Assembly (NCBI RefSeq): GCF_025526975.1
Contig: NW_026515670.1
Span: 868,001 to 932,000 of the forward strand
Reading direction: 5' to 3'
Length of the DNA stretch: 64,000 bases
Source of the DNA: Fimicolochytrium jonesii
Lineage: Eukaryota
Shown: positions 1-12,001 of the stretch, piece by piece
Layout: the number at the start of each line of letters is the position of its first letter
Numbering within the stretch: position 1 is the first letter of the stretch
Notes under the pieces: model-generated
The model's input: only the letters and a program-made list of their open reading frames with translations
Told to the model about the DNA's origin: nothing
Database searches by the model: none
Program-made: the position numbers and the translations under genes

Positions 1-3000
1 GATGTGAATTCGATGATCGATGTGGCGAAGGTCGCGGATCTGGTGCTCTTGCTCATTGACGCCAGTTTCGGCTTTGAAATGGTGCGTTTTGACAATCGGT
101 GCCTTCGTGGGAACAGCGGTGCCTGGAGAATTGAATCTGAATTTGACCTCTTGCGTCCCCAGGAAACCTTCGAATTTCTGAACATTCTGCAGGTCCATGG
201 ATTCCCGAAGGTCATCGGTGTACTGACACATTTGGACAAATTCCGGGATAACAAGCGTCTTCGAAAAACGAAGAAGCGGTTGAAGCATCGTTTCTGGACA
301 GAAATTTACCAGGGAGCCAAGCTCTTCTACCTGTCTGGGTTAATCAATGGGCGGTACATGAAGAATGAGATCACGAATCTGGCCCGCTTCATTTCAGTGA
401 TGAAATTCAGGCCACTCATCTGGCGAAACACACATCCTTATGTCTTGGCTGATCGTGTGGAAGATCTGACGGATCCCGAAACGCTGCGTCTCAGTCCGAA
501 GTGCGACCGCACCGTCTCTCTCTACGGTTATATGCGGGGGACGAACCTGAAATCGGAAATGAAGGTATGCATCTTCCGTCCGGGCTGTTGCGAAATGCGC
601 GCTGTGACTTACGATACTTCCTTTAGGTACATATTCCGGGAGTCGGAGATCAGAAAGTTGGCGAGGTTAGCATTCTGCCAGACCCGTGTCCGAAGCCCGA
701 TAAAGTCCGACGGACTTTGAGCGACAAACATAAGTTGATCTATGCGCCCATGTCCGACGTTATTGGCATTCTCTACGACAAAGATGCCGTGTACATCAAC
801 GTTCCTGGCCATTTTACGAAGCGCACCGATGAGGATATGGGAGACGACGATCAAAACATCGGAGCAGGGGAAAAGATGGTCATCGACTTGCAGAATGCGC
901 CGGATACGTTCGCAGATAAGATGAAGGACAGTGAGCTCCGACTGTTTGCCTCCTCAGCAACCGTAAAGGCGTCCGACGTTCTCGATGGGGACATGGGGCA
1001 AACATCTAGGTCGAGGAGGCGAGTGGGTGCTGACCCCAATGACACTGACGGTGAAGATGATGATGAGGATGAGGATGAGGTGGATTCTGGAGTCGGATCC
1101 GATGCAGAGCCTGGTTCCGGAAGTGATGATGAAGACGACGATTCCGATGACGATGTCGAAGAGGACGGCGAACTGGAAGTGCAAGACGGCGCGAGACGGC
1201 GACTACGAGCACCAAAAGTCCGCACTGACGAGGAGCGAAACGATGATCTTGCTTTCGCCGAGAGTGATAGTGACTTTGACGATGAGGAGGACGACTCGGC
1301 TCTGGTGGGTGAAGACGAGGAAGCCTCTTGGAAAGGCAAATTACTCGACAGAGCGGCCGCCAACCTTGCGTTGAAGCGGAGGGTCAACCTGATGGATCTT
1401 GTTTATGGAGAACAGGATACAATCGAGGCGGGGGATAGTGACGACGCTGGATTGATGCAGGAAGTCGATGATGCCGGACTCTTCCGTGTTCGGAAAGGCG
1501 AAACGGATTTCGGAAGGAAAAACACGCAGATTGATGCAAGCAAACACGAAGCTCCCTCCGGGGAACTGGAAAAATGGGTGGACGAGGCCGAGATGGAAAG
1601 CCTCAGGAATCGCTTCATTACCGCGCAGCTCGATGGGGAGGCCGGAGAATCCGAGACCGCGGCAGGCGCGGAGACGGAGGAGGTCTACGGAGACTTCGAA
1701 GATCTGGAGACCGGTGAAAAAATCGAAGGCCAAGAGGGCGAGGCAGCTACTACCGGTGATGGAGAATCCAAGGAAACGGATGAGCTCGCCAAGAAAAAGG
1801 CGGCACTAAAACGCAAGTTCGATGCTCAATATGACGGTAGTGACGATGAAGCAAACAACTCCAACATGTACGAGAACATGAAGGAGGATATGGCCAGGCA
1901 ACAAGCCATCAACAGGGAAGAGTTTATGGACGACTCGCCGGAGCTGAGAGCTCAGATTGAGGGGTATCGCCCGGGCACTTATGTGCGAATTGTCCTCAAG
2001 GGCATGCCATGCGAGTTCATAGAGAACTTCGACCCAAGCTTCCCTGTATTGGTGGGCGGGCTCTTACCAGCGGAGGAAAACTTTGGGTTCATGCAGGTTT
2101 GTTCAGAGAGCGTCACATGTGAAAGGGTGGTATCGAACAAAGAGTTTAAAGCTTCTGTGTCTCAGGTTCGCATCAAGCGGCATAGATGGTTCAAGAAGAC
2201 ACTGAAAAACAACGACCCTCTCATCTTCTCTATGGGATGGAGGCGATTCCAAAGCTTGCCTATCTACTCCTTGAACGATGGAACCAGAAATAGGCTGCTC
2301 AAGTACACGCCTGAACATATGCATTGTTTGGCCACCTTTTACGGTAAGATCGGCGAAAAGTTCGCTTTCAGATGATTCACTGAATCCTAATGTTGCATCG
2401 TGTCCAGGCCCAACAACGCCGCCAAACACGGGCTTCTGTGCCTTCCAAGAACTTGCGGACAACACTGCAGCTTTCAGGTTGAGCGCCACCGGCGTCGTTC
2501 TCGACATCGACAAGAGCACTGAGATTGTCAAAAAGTTGAAGCTCACCGGTGTGCCCACGAAAGTCTTCAAGAACACTGCTTTCGTCAAAGATATGTTTAC
2601 CACCGCTTTGGAGGTTGCGAAGTTCGAGGGCGCCAACATCAGGACTGTTTCTGGAATTAGAGGACAAGTCAAGAAGCATGTTGGAGTATGTTCATATATT
2701 CATATGGCATCCGGTCATTTTCGAATTATAAAGTACTTACGAAGTTTCCCAGAAACCCGATGGACAATTCCGTGCAACGTTTGAAGACAAGATTTTGATG
2801 AGTGGTAAGTTGTAGATTGAAGCGGGCAAGGAGAAGAACAAAGGACTAATACTCGTCATTTCTGTCCAGACATCGTATTCCTTCGAGCATGGTATCCGGT
2901 GAAGCCAAAACGCTTTTACAACCCTGTCACATCATTGTTGCTGTCATCTAAGAAATGGCAAGGGTTGCGCACCACTGGACAATTGCGCCGAGAAAACAAC

Positions 3001-3520
3001 ATGAGTGCGCCCGTCAGTCAAGACTCTCAGTACAAAGTGCGTTCTCGCTTGAGTTCCGCGCCACTCTTCGCGTTGCATTGCAAACTCAGTCTAACTTTCC
3101 TTTCTTCTTTGTCACCTTCAGCCCGTTGTGCGACAAGCTCGACGCTTCAACACCCTCAAGATCCCGAAAGCCCTGCAGGCAGAACTCCCCTTCGCATCGA
3201 AGCCCAAGCTTCAACAAAAGCAAAAGAAGCCATCATTGCTCGCACGTCGGGCAGTGGTTTTGGAGCCTCACGAGAAGAAGGTGGCGAACCTGATCCAGCA
3301 GCTGAACACCATCCATCGCGAGAAAGAAAAGAAGCGGAAGGACAAGGTCCAGGAGAAGCGCGCGGAGTATCTCAAAAAGAAGGAGAAGGATGCCAAGTTC
3401 TCCGAGGAGAAGAAGAAGGAATTGACGAAAGATTACCATAGGACCGAGGGCAAAAAACGGGCGAGAGAAGCTGCCATCGCAAGCGGTGGAGCCAGGAAGA
3501 AGGCGAAACGCGACGATTAG
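1..3520 (+). CDS. BMS1: Ribosome biogenesis GTPase BMS1, 5' end outside window; introns approx. 82-162, 565-626, 2097-2165, 2344-2407, 2686-2752, 2805-2869, 3037-3121
   Basis: Spliced translation gives [100 protein letters not shown] and [13 protein letters not shown]. All introns are GT-AG; stop TAG 3518-3520. Confidence 0.96.
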
Positions 3521-4299
3521 AAGTATGTATAGCCATCCACCGAGTCGTAGTTCGTAGTACCGAGGATGTAGGATGTGGTGTCCGCCTCTGCGTCACTTCA
3601 GATGCGTATTTTCACGTTAGATATGTATCATAATTTATGCACGACAAACAGCACATTATTTGGCGTAATTTCTTCGATTTTCGAACTTTGGCCGTGTAAC
3701 AACTCGCCTTCGTTCTTTTCGAAGTGACTAAGGTCGAAATAACTCCGTTCTTGACAGCTTTTGACGCGGTGTCGATTTCTCGTTGGCATCGGCCTATCGC
3801 TCTAAGAGGACTCGCGAACTATGATCCAGCCAAGAATACGTATAAACCACGACGCTCGAGCCATATCAAGCGAGGCTGTAGCGGTAACCCTGACGTAAGC
3901 CTTCTCTCGTTCTAACCAAGGATGCTGCACACACGAAAAAGAAGGTTGTTGAGCGGAAAGTTAACCGTAAGTGGCGAACCTGTCAAACTCGAATCAGTGT
4001 CGGTCAAAAAGGACCTGCAGAAGAATGTAATGGTTTCTCAGCTTGGGTTCATATCCATTTTTCCCATCGCCTACGGAAAACCGCAGTGAGCCGTTACAGA
4101 TTAAACACTTGAGTCCTGGAAGCTAAGAGTCATCGGTAACCGCAACGGACGATTCTAATATTGAGACATCCCACCTACGGCACACGATCGAGCATGGGAT
4201 CTCGAAAGAGTACCCGGGTCCCAAAACCCCGAGATATCTTAGATGAAAATGTGAAACGACCCCAGATTAGGAAGAAGGTCATACAGAATTCTTCTGGCT

Positions 4300-6838
4300 A
4301 TGCTCCCAAAGGTAGTATCTGGAGGTAAAATCTGATGCTCCCCTTCCGTGAACGTCATTTCAGAAGCCAAAGCGCAAACCCGGTTCAAGAAAGAAAGCCC
4401 CCGAGCAGAAGGAGGAAATAACGGAACACGACAAAGCACTCGTCCAATGGGTATATACAGCCATGATGCCATCCCCAATTCGTGTAACGGAAGTTTTCTC
4501 ATCATTTCTTATTTCTCGTTGTCAGGCAATGGCAAGTCCATCAGTGTGCTGCGTTTGCCGACAAGGGAGCGGAGATGGGCAAGGCTTCTTGGTCTGCTCG
4601 GTCCCCGGATGTGCCACCACGGTACACTCCGCTTGTTACAGCACCTCTACCACGGTCAAGCAGCAATCGCAGTGGCGGTGCGATCGGTGCTCTTCTAAAG
4701 ACCCTGCTTTGGCGGTACGTGTCTGCACATACAATCTAGTACTTGAGCCACTGAGTCTGAATGTACAAATCAATCCCAGGTTTGCACCCTGTGCTCACAT
4801 AAAGAAGGCGCAATTCTAGCCATCGAAGGCGGCACTCCCTGGGTGCATAGTATTTGCAAGGATTGGATTCTAAAATTGGTATGTTGCTAACTCCTTATCT
4901 CGATACCGGAAACATACTCATGATGTCCTTTCTCTGGATTCACATGTTGACAGCGCGACCGCGAAGCTCGGAGGTTGGTCTGATGCATCTCGGTCAATCC
5001 ATGGAGCACATCGGTTAACTTTACGTTTCAAAACAGTGTCAGTCTCTCAGCCATATTCAGAGTCGGGAGCAAAACGTGGGAAGGTGAATGTTCAGTGTGT
5101 AATGGAAAAACCGGCAGCAAGCGAAATTGTGATGCAGCGGGTTGCAAGAGCGTGGTAAGATTACGAGCGAAGTCGAAGCCCAGGGAGAATATATCGATTT
5201 CAATTTCTTTACTTTTTGCTTGCCATGCGCTAGTTGCATGCTACTTGCGCGGCAGACTACGGCCTTCTAGAGAAGGATCCAGACTCAATGATGTCGGACC
5301 CTCACTTTATATACTGCAAAAAGCATGCAAGTTCCGACCCTGTGGTAAGTCTTTCTGGGCATTCATCATGGAATGACAACTGAAACCTAGGATTTTGATA
5401 GCTGGACCCCTGGGCCAAATGGGTAAAGGCAAAACCAGGCGGTGTGGATCTTAACAGTACACATTATGAAAAACCGACGATTTCGGACCCTCGTCCTGCT
5501 ACGGAAACGTTCTTAGCAAAATTTCAGGCGGACCAGGGGAAAGCCATCATTAGCAAGGAAAGAATAACGCTACAATCAATGGCTGAACAACATCATCGTC
5601 GGGAGGAAATCCGAAGACTCCAAAAACTTATCGACGCTGGAGACAAGGCGGAGTCAACCATCAAGAAGGAAAACGACTCCGTTGTGTCTGCCACACGGAG
5701 AGTAAAACAATTGTTGATAGGAGTTTACGATTATCTCACCGACACTCAGGACCCCTACCGAACGAAAGCCGCCATCCATGGCGCCCCGGCCATCGGAAGA
5801 ATCCCACCCGATAACATCGATCTTTCAGAGAGCATCCAGAACGCCAGTTCTCACATGCCGACCATTTTCGAACGCCCGCCATCGCCCCAGCTTGCGCCTC
5901 GCACGGCGTGTGATGTTCTACCGGACGCGAATGATATGGGCATTCCGACTTCTCCGCCCCCTTCTACCGATTATATTCACGAGGAGACAGCTGTTCCGGA
6001 ACAGCTCCCAAATACGCAATCCAAGTTCACGCCGCTGGACAAAAAAGGCTTCACCCAGGCCAACGCACAACTAAATCTCACCAGCAATGGGGTTAGCGAT
6101 ACTGCCGCGGATACTGAAAAAGACCTTAACCCCTCGACTCCCCCGGTCAGCAGCGGCGTGCTCAATGGTGCCGATGCAGCTTCTTTCAAGAAAGACCCTA
6201 CATTGCAGGTGTCCGCTCCGCTAATCAGCAACAAAGATTGTAATGGGGCAGAATCTGCCATCCCAGCAATTGCGCCGGAAAGAACCTCTCAATCGAAAGG
6301 CATGGGCACGTTCGAGTCCTTTCTCAGCCGAGCGACGTCCAGCGGGCGTCCAACCATCCGGCCTTTACCGGAGTACCGAGAAGCTTTTCTTGCAGCCTAT
6401 GAACACGCTTTACAACAACCGCAAGAAGACCAGTCGCTTAAAATCGACACCTCAATCGCCCGCAAGCGGAAAAGAGACACTGCCAACCATGGCAGCGTTG
6501 GGGTCTGCAATATTTGCGGAGTCTTCGAAGCGGCAAACGTCCAACGGAAAACGCCTATTGCCCGACAACTCGTCAATTGCTCAAATTGCGAGAAATCATT
6601 CCACATGGGGTGCCTCGATCCCCCCATGAAGAAGAGACCGCCACGAGGATACGCCTGGAGGTATGTCTCATCAGTAATGATGGAAAATGGCATTGCATTC
6701 GCTCATTCGAAGGATATTTCTAGGTGCTTGGATTGTGATACCACGCCTGAGAGCGAGTCGTTCCCCGACTCGCCCGACTCCGAAGTCACAGCCCCACTTC
6801 CGAAAAGGCGACGAACCGCCCCAGAACGTTATGAATGA
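4300..6838 (+). CDS. Multi-PHD chromatin reader (PHD + extended PHD + coiled coil + C-terminal PHD; PHF14/AF10-like). Start uncertain (ATG 4300 or 4529).
   Basis: N-terminal CCVC...C..PGC...VHSACY...WRCDRC, then CTLC...WVHSIC. C-terminal CNIC...LVNCSNCEKSFHMGCLDPP...WR|CLDC with intron 6661-6723. Putative upstream exons 4300-4311 and 4364-4450 give MLPKKPKRKPGSRKK. Confidence 0.75.
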
Positions 6839-7068
6839 AATTCTAGAAACAGAGCGATTACGCGCTTGCCCCTCGAGTGTCCAAAAATAGCTTAGCCGAG
6901 ACCCTCCTGCCCTGGGGAGAAACATAACACACCTCAAACTTGGCGCTTAATAAACCTTTCATCACATAAGTCATATCCCAGTTCGATGCAAGTGAAAATT
7001 CGAATGCTACGGACGAAAGTGGGCAGGGACCCGATGGAAGTACCACAGCAATCGATCACAGGATCAGT

Positions 7069-9441
7069 CTAAGCTACTCCACCCAGGACATGCGACATGC
7101 CATGCATCCCATCCGCTGCCGCTGCTATGGCCGCTGATGCCGCTCCTGGGTCAGATGCAAGGATTTGAGCCTTGTGTATATGCCTCTTCAGGGCCTGAAT
7201 GTGTTTCGTATATTCGGCATGCTGAGTCTGATACTCTGTCAGTTGCTGACGTAGAGAGACGGTAGCATCCTAAAATCCATCGGTGGTGAGCTGAAAGGTT
7301 CTCCATACGGAAGCCGCTCAATCAGACCACAATTCGGAACGTACCACTCTATGCTCAAAGTCCCTAAGCAGTCCCTTCTCGCCCAAAAGCCCAGCCCGGC
7401 GCCTCAGCTCCGCATTCTCCTTCCTCAATGCATCTCGCACAGCTTTCCGACCAGGCAGCGCATCACGGCGCCTTAGCACATCTTCATCCAACTCAGCAAG
7501 CTTGGCTTCGAGATCCCGTGCAACAAGCTGGGTGTGCCAGAGCTTTTCTTTTACGTGGGTCAATACTTGCACGATCGTGGTGATTTTTTTGCGTAGGGTT
7601 AGGAGCGATTCGTTGCGGGATTCGATTTTGGAGGTGTAGGTGCTGTTTTCGATTTTGAGTTGTTCGAAGTCGATCAAGTGCAGGCCATCCGCTAGTTCTT
7701 CCTGTTGTTTTGAGAGACGTGAGCATACATTCGCCACATAGGCTGCCGGTCCGACGACAGAAGCTCCCACTCTGCACCTTTTGTCTCAACAGCGCCTCGG
7801 ATCTACGCAGCCTATTCCTCAACTTGATATTTTCCAACCGCACCTCAACGACCTCCGCATCCTTCCGTTCCTCCCCAGCCTCCAAAGCCTCGACAGCCTT
7901 AACCTGGATCCCCTTTCCCGTGCGCGAGTTCTCCGCAGCAAGCGCAACACTCCGCTTATAAGCCCGAAACTCCCCCTCTTTCGCCGCCGCCTCCGCACGC
8001 TTAAGCGTGAGCTTCTCATGGTAATCCGCCGACTGCTTATCGTGTGTCCCTCGCAGGGTCGCCAGGTTCGCGTGAAGCGTTTGCAAGGTCGTCAGGGCGG
8101 CGTTGTACCGGTTTCCGATATCCGCTCCGCCTTTGCCCCCGCCTGTGTTGCTCAGTGTGTTGTCGCCCGTGCTGGATGTCCCGCCTGCTTGAGCGTTCTC
8201 GTCGCTGCGCTTCCGGCGGAAATACTCTCCGAGCTGGTTTTGTAGGATGACGTTCCGCGCTTTGAGCTTTTCGTTGTCGTCGAGGGAGGCTCTTATGCTT
8301 GCGATGATTTCCTCTCGATCGATGACGACGGCGTTGCCCGCGCTGCGGGTGCGGGCTTGCTGTGGCTCCGGCTGCGTTGCTGTCTCGGTCAACGGCACAT
8401 CCACACCGAGTTTAACTTCAGACTCGCCATGGACGCTCGGAGTCGGCGACGAAGGGATCAGCATCGGGATGTTCTCCGTGAGGCTAGTCATGCTGTCCGT
8501 AACCGCTCCTTCCTCGTCTTCCAAAGGCTGCTCATCATATCTCGTAACGACCTCTAAAGGCGGGCCTTCATCCAACGCCTTCGCATAATCCACGTGCAAG
8601 AACGTAAAGTCCGTCATTTGACGTGTTTCAGAGGGCAGCCCAGAAGCTTTTGCCACCACACCGGGCGGCGGCGACATGAGCGTCCTAGCGGTGGGGGGCA
8701 TAAACATCTCATCAGGCATAGCGGGCATCAGTTCGCCGCCGAACCCGCCGTCGGGGCCCGCGCTGCTGCTGTCGTGAGTTGCATGCTCGTTGGGAGGTTC
8801 TGAGCTGGTTAGGTTCAGTGAGTGTTGCAGGGCATCGGTTTCTGCGGTCTGTGGTCCGGCAGTGTGTGCGCGCTCTGTGGGTCGAGTGTCGTCTGGTCGC
8901 TGGTCGGGATTTGGCGGTTCGCCTACTGCTGGTGTCGATCCGTCTTCGGTGGCGGGTATCTCGGCGGCTGCTCCATCCATTGTTCCTGCATTCCGAAGGA
9001 TCTGAGATCGTCGATGCGCTGTTTCAGGTCCAAGGCAGGAACTTGAAGCCATACCTTGTGTAGAGCCTTCAGGCACTGCGCTGTCCGCGATGGCCGCCGT
9101 CACATCCGCCTCCGCCGTCGTACTCCCAACCGCCCCTTCAGGCAGCCCAGCTGCAGCATTTGCATTCACATCCGTCTGTCCAAGCGGTTCAGACGGAAGC
9201 TGTGGGTGTTCGGGATCTTTCTCGGTCGTGGCATCGGTCTATGACATGGAACGTCAGTTACATATTCGCAACAAACATTTATACATCGAGAGTCAACACC
9301 TACAGTGAAAGTGCCAGGCGTCTCAGATGTGCCCTCTCCTGCAGCGGTAGCAGGTACGGCAGAGTCTAATACACCCGGATCGCCGACCATTTGGTCTGCG
9401 ACCGTTTCCGGCAAATCCGGCCCTGAGTTTACAGCGTCCAT
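7069..9441 (-). CDS. CCDC96: Cilia/flagella-associated coiled-coil protein CCDC96/CFAP184 (DUF4201) with a long disordered N-terminus
   Basis: VRLENIKLRNRLRRSEALLRQK|EELADGLHLIDFEQLKIENSTYTSKIESRN...ITTIVQVLTHVKEKL...GLLGEKGLLRDFE. Intron 9239-9303 joins the first exon in frame; stop at 7069-7071. ATG 9441 overlaps a GTAAGT, so the start is uncertain. Confidence 0.85.
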
Positions 9442-9813
9442 ACTTACGTGATGTCCCTACGGTAAAAGCGAATGCTAGCTGGTTCACGGACGAAGGATAC
9501 GATGAGTCTTTGTACAGGGTGATCCTAACGCTGTTCCAAATCCGACGCGTTGAAAGTCCTGGAGAGAAAACGCTCTGGCCGTTTGGACAAAGTTGCGCCA
9601 ATTTGGGTTGTCGGAATGACAGTATCAAATCGGAGTCCTGTGGCCGTCAATTCTGTCGAAACTTGCCGCGTTTCCCGAACTCCGGTCCAAAGATCACTCA
9701 ATTTGGGACGTAAGGCACTGATGTTGAGGTGTTTGATAGAGGGGTATATTGGAGGTGGGGTATATCCTGCAAGTCGGTTTATAACAATAGGGTCTATAAA
9801 TGCATCAAGAGTA

Positions 9814-11143
9814 CTACGCCGGAATGAAACTAAGACCTACTAGAACCGTCGCCACAACACCCCACATCAAATTCCTATCGCTCACCCCCTTCCTCGCACC
9901 AGCCGCAACATCCAGCGGATCCTGCACCTTGATAGGAAACGACGACGTGACCAAGAACCCATTGATCTTCGTCTGCACAAACACATTGTACGTCCCGGGG
10001 TCCGGAAAGTACAGCCCAAACCCGATCTTTGGACTCGTCAGTTCGAACGGTGGTGGGGCTTGGGTGACGGTACAGAACGGCTGCCATTTCTGCGATTCGG
10101 ATACGCGGTACCCGTACGAGGACTGTGAATTCCGAGTTGAGCCGCTGGTTCCGACAAGCAGGATGTGCGCGTCGCGGCCGAGGTATTTTTGGAAGTTGTT
10201 GGTTGGGATGTCGAACGCGCTGGAGTTGGTTGTGTAGTAGAGGACTGTGAAGAGTTTGCAGTAGTTGGTTGTGATTGCACCGGAGGTGGTGCCGAAGACG
10301 GCCCGGAAGGTTTGGTTTGTTGGCCATTGGGCGGGATTATGATCCGGCGCTGGTAAGGATGCGACTGTATGACGGGAATGCGCATTAGCATATGACAAAT
10401 GTCCTGCTGTTCAAAGCGAAAGTCTAACCTTGACGCTGATACACCCACGGCTCGATGAAGCTGTCATTTGGGCCCAAGGCTTGCCCAAGTGTCCTCTGAT
10501 CAATCAAGCTCAACTGTGGCGGCGCCTGATCTCCCTGATCCACTACGAAGCCTAAATGCGTCAGAAAAAAAGGTCCCTTGCCGAGACATCACACTGAATC
10601 TGAACATCCTAAGAGACCTTTGACATAAAGCGTCGTCTGCGAAGGCTGCAACGTGATATTTGCCGCAGCAGGCACAAAGATAGTAAACCTCGCATTGATG
10701 GTATAAATCCCAGCATATGGCAACGTCGGGTAGATGTACATAGTGTCGCTGTCATTCGTATACCGATCCTGCTTGAAATCCTCCGGACATGCATGGAAGA
10801 ACGTGCCCATGGACTGGTGGGCTACCGATAAATGCAGGCGACAGCCATCGATTACGGCTAGATTCTCCCATTTCAACTAACAGGTGTTGGAGGGGGGCCA
10901 AGGGAAGAGTCAGTAACGGACTTCCATAGGTGGTTCTGACGCGTAACAGGAGTTGGATCACTCAAAACGCACAACATAAGTCCCTTCTTTGGAGGTTGAA
11001 ATCACTTGAAAGGACAGCGGCGACGGTCCGGACGTTGTGCCCGTGAAATTCAGTTGGCGGACGGACAGGACGGGGGTTTCCTGGCCCAACACGACCGAGA
11101 TGAAAGCTAGGAGGAGGCAGGCTAGCGCGTGTAGACGGGTCAT
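9814..11143 (-). CDS. Secreted, probably GPI-anchored or C-terminally anchored protein with two related beta-rich repeats; 4 exons
   Basis: Signal peptide MTRLHALACLLLAFISVVLG and hydrophobic C-terminal tail LMWGVVATVLVGLSFIPA*. Branch/acceptor motifs near 10877, 10551 and 10365. Repeat cores RLHLSVAHQSMGTFFHACP...LPYAGIY and QKYLGRDAHILLV...FPDPGTYNVFVQ. Confidence 0.7.
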
Positions 11144-12001
11144 CTTTACTCCGGATGGGTCCTATGTGGGATGCGAATGTAGGTTTGAACGGCCGATGGA
11201 AGACCTTGTATCTCGATAAGTCCTTGACAATGAGTCCCACGGAGAACAGCGGCAAGTCGAAGGTTGCCGAATGTCGATGACCCCGGTATCAAGGCCACAG
11301 AACCCCGTTTGGCTCAAAAAAAACCCCCTCGTTGGCCGCACGGAACACATGCACGACGGCGGATGTGACAGAGGCATGCGGTTATCTTTCATTTGCTTCC
11401 ACCGCCTCCCACGCATCAAAGCCTCAACGCCCCCCGCAGTCTGTCTGGATTCTGGAAATGGCATTTGTGCTCATGGTTTGTGGGCAGATCCAGGAACCAA
11501 AGGGTGATCGGAGGCCCGGCTGAGTTTTGCTCCTTGCTGATACCGGGGTTATCAGGTCGAACCCAGGCCAGATCCACAGGGGGATGTGCGATGTGACGTT
11601 GAAGTTGGCTGGCTGTGTGCGCGAAGCTGGAAGTCGGACGGCATGGGCAGCATGATTTTGCGCGTTACGCGGGCTTGTCCTCTCGTCTTGTTCGACATCG
11701 CGTTTTTCCAAGTCAACTCTTTCCCAGCCAGGTGCAGATTCCAAACCCACACAGTTCTCACTCGAACCATGTGTCACTTTGAAAGAAAAAAGGAAGTTTT
11801 GGGGTCGCTGCTGAACACATCCTGGCTCGTTATATCTGACAGTCAAAGAAATGAGGGCTTCACCAACAGCTAGCTGTGGTGGATTCAGCTTTCATTAGTG
11901 TCGCACGAGTGTTTACAGAACACTGGGCACCGCTACCGGGATGTATGCATGTAGGGACATCGACTAATCTGGAAGTACCTTGGTTTGTCGGAGTAAATTG
12001 T

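Noticed and set aside
82..162. Stop-free introns of length 3n (also 2097-2165, 6661-6723, 19587-19652, 42561-42638, 45366-45440, 45876-45941) that appear as protein insertions in the ORF track
   Set aside because: They have GT-AG ends and interrupt conserved motifs, so they are introns. Their number is about what short, GC-rich introns would give by chance.
851..1387. Long antisense ORFs such as the Ser-rich frame opposite BMS1 and those opposite the polyQ, WSC-tail and Ala-rich genes
   Set aside because: Shadows of low-complexity, GC-rich coding sequence with no independent motifs.
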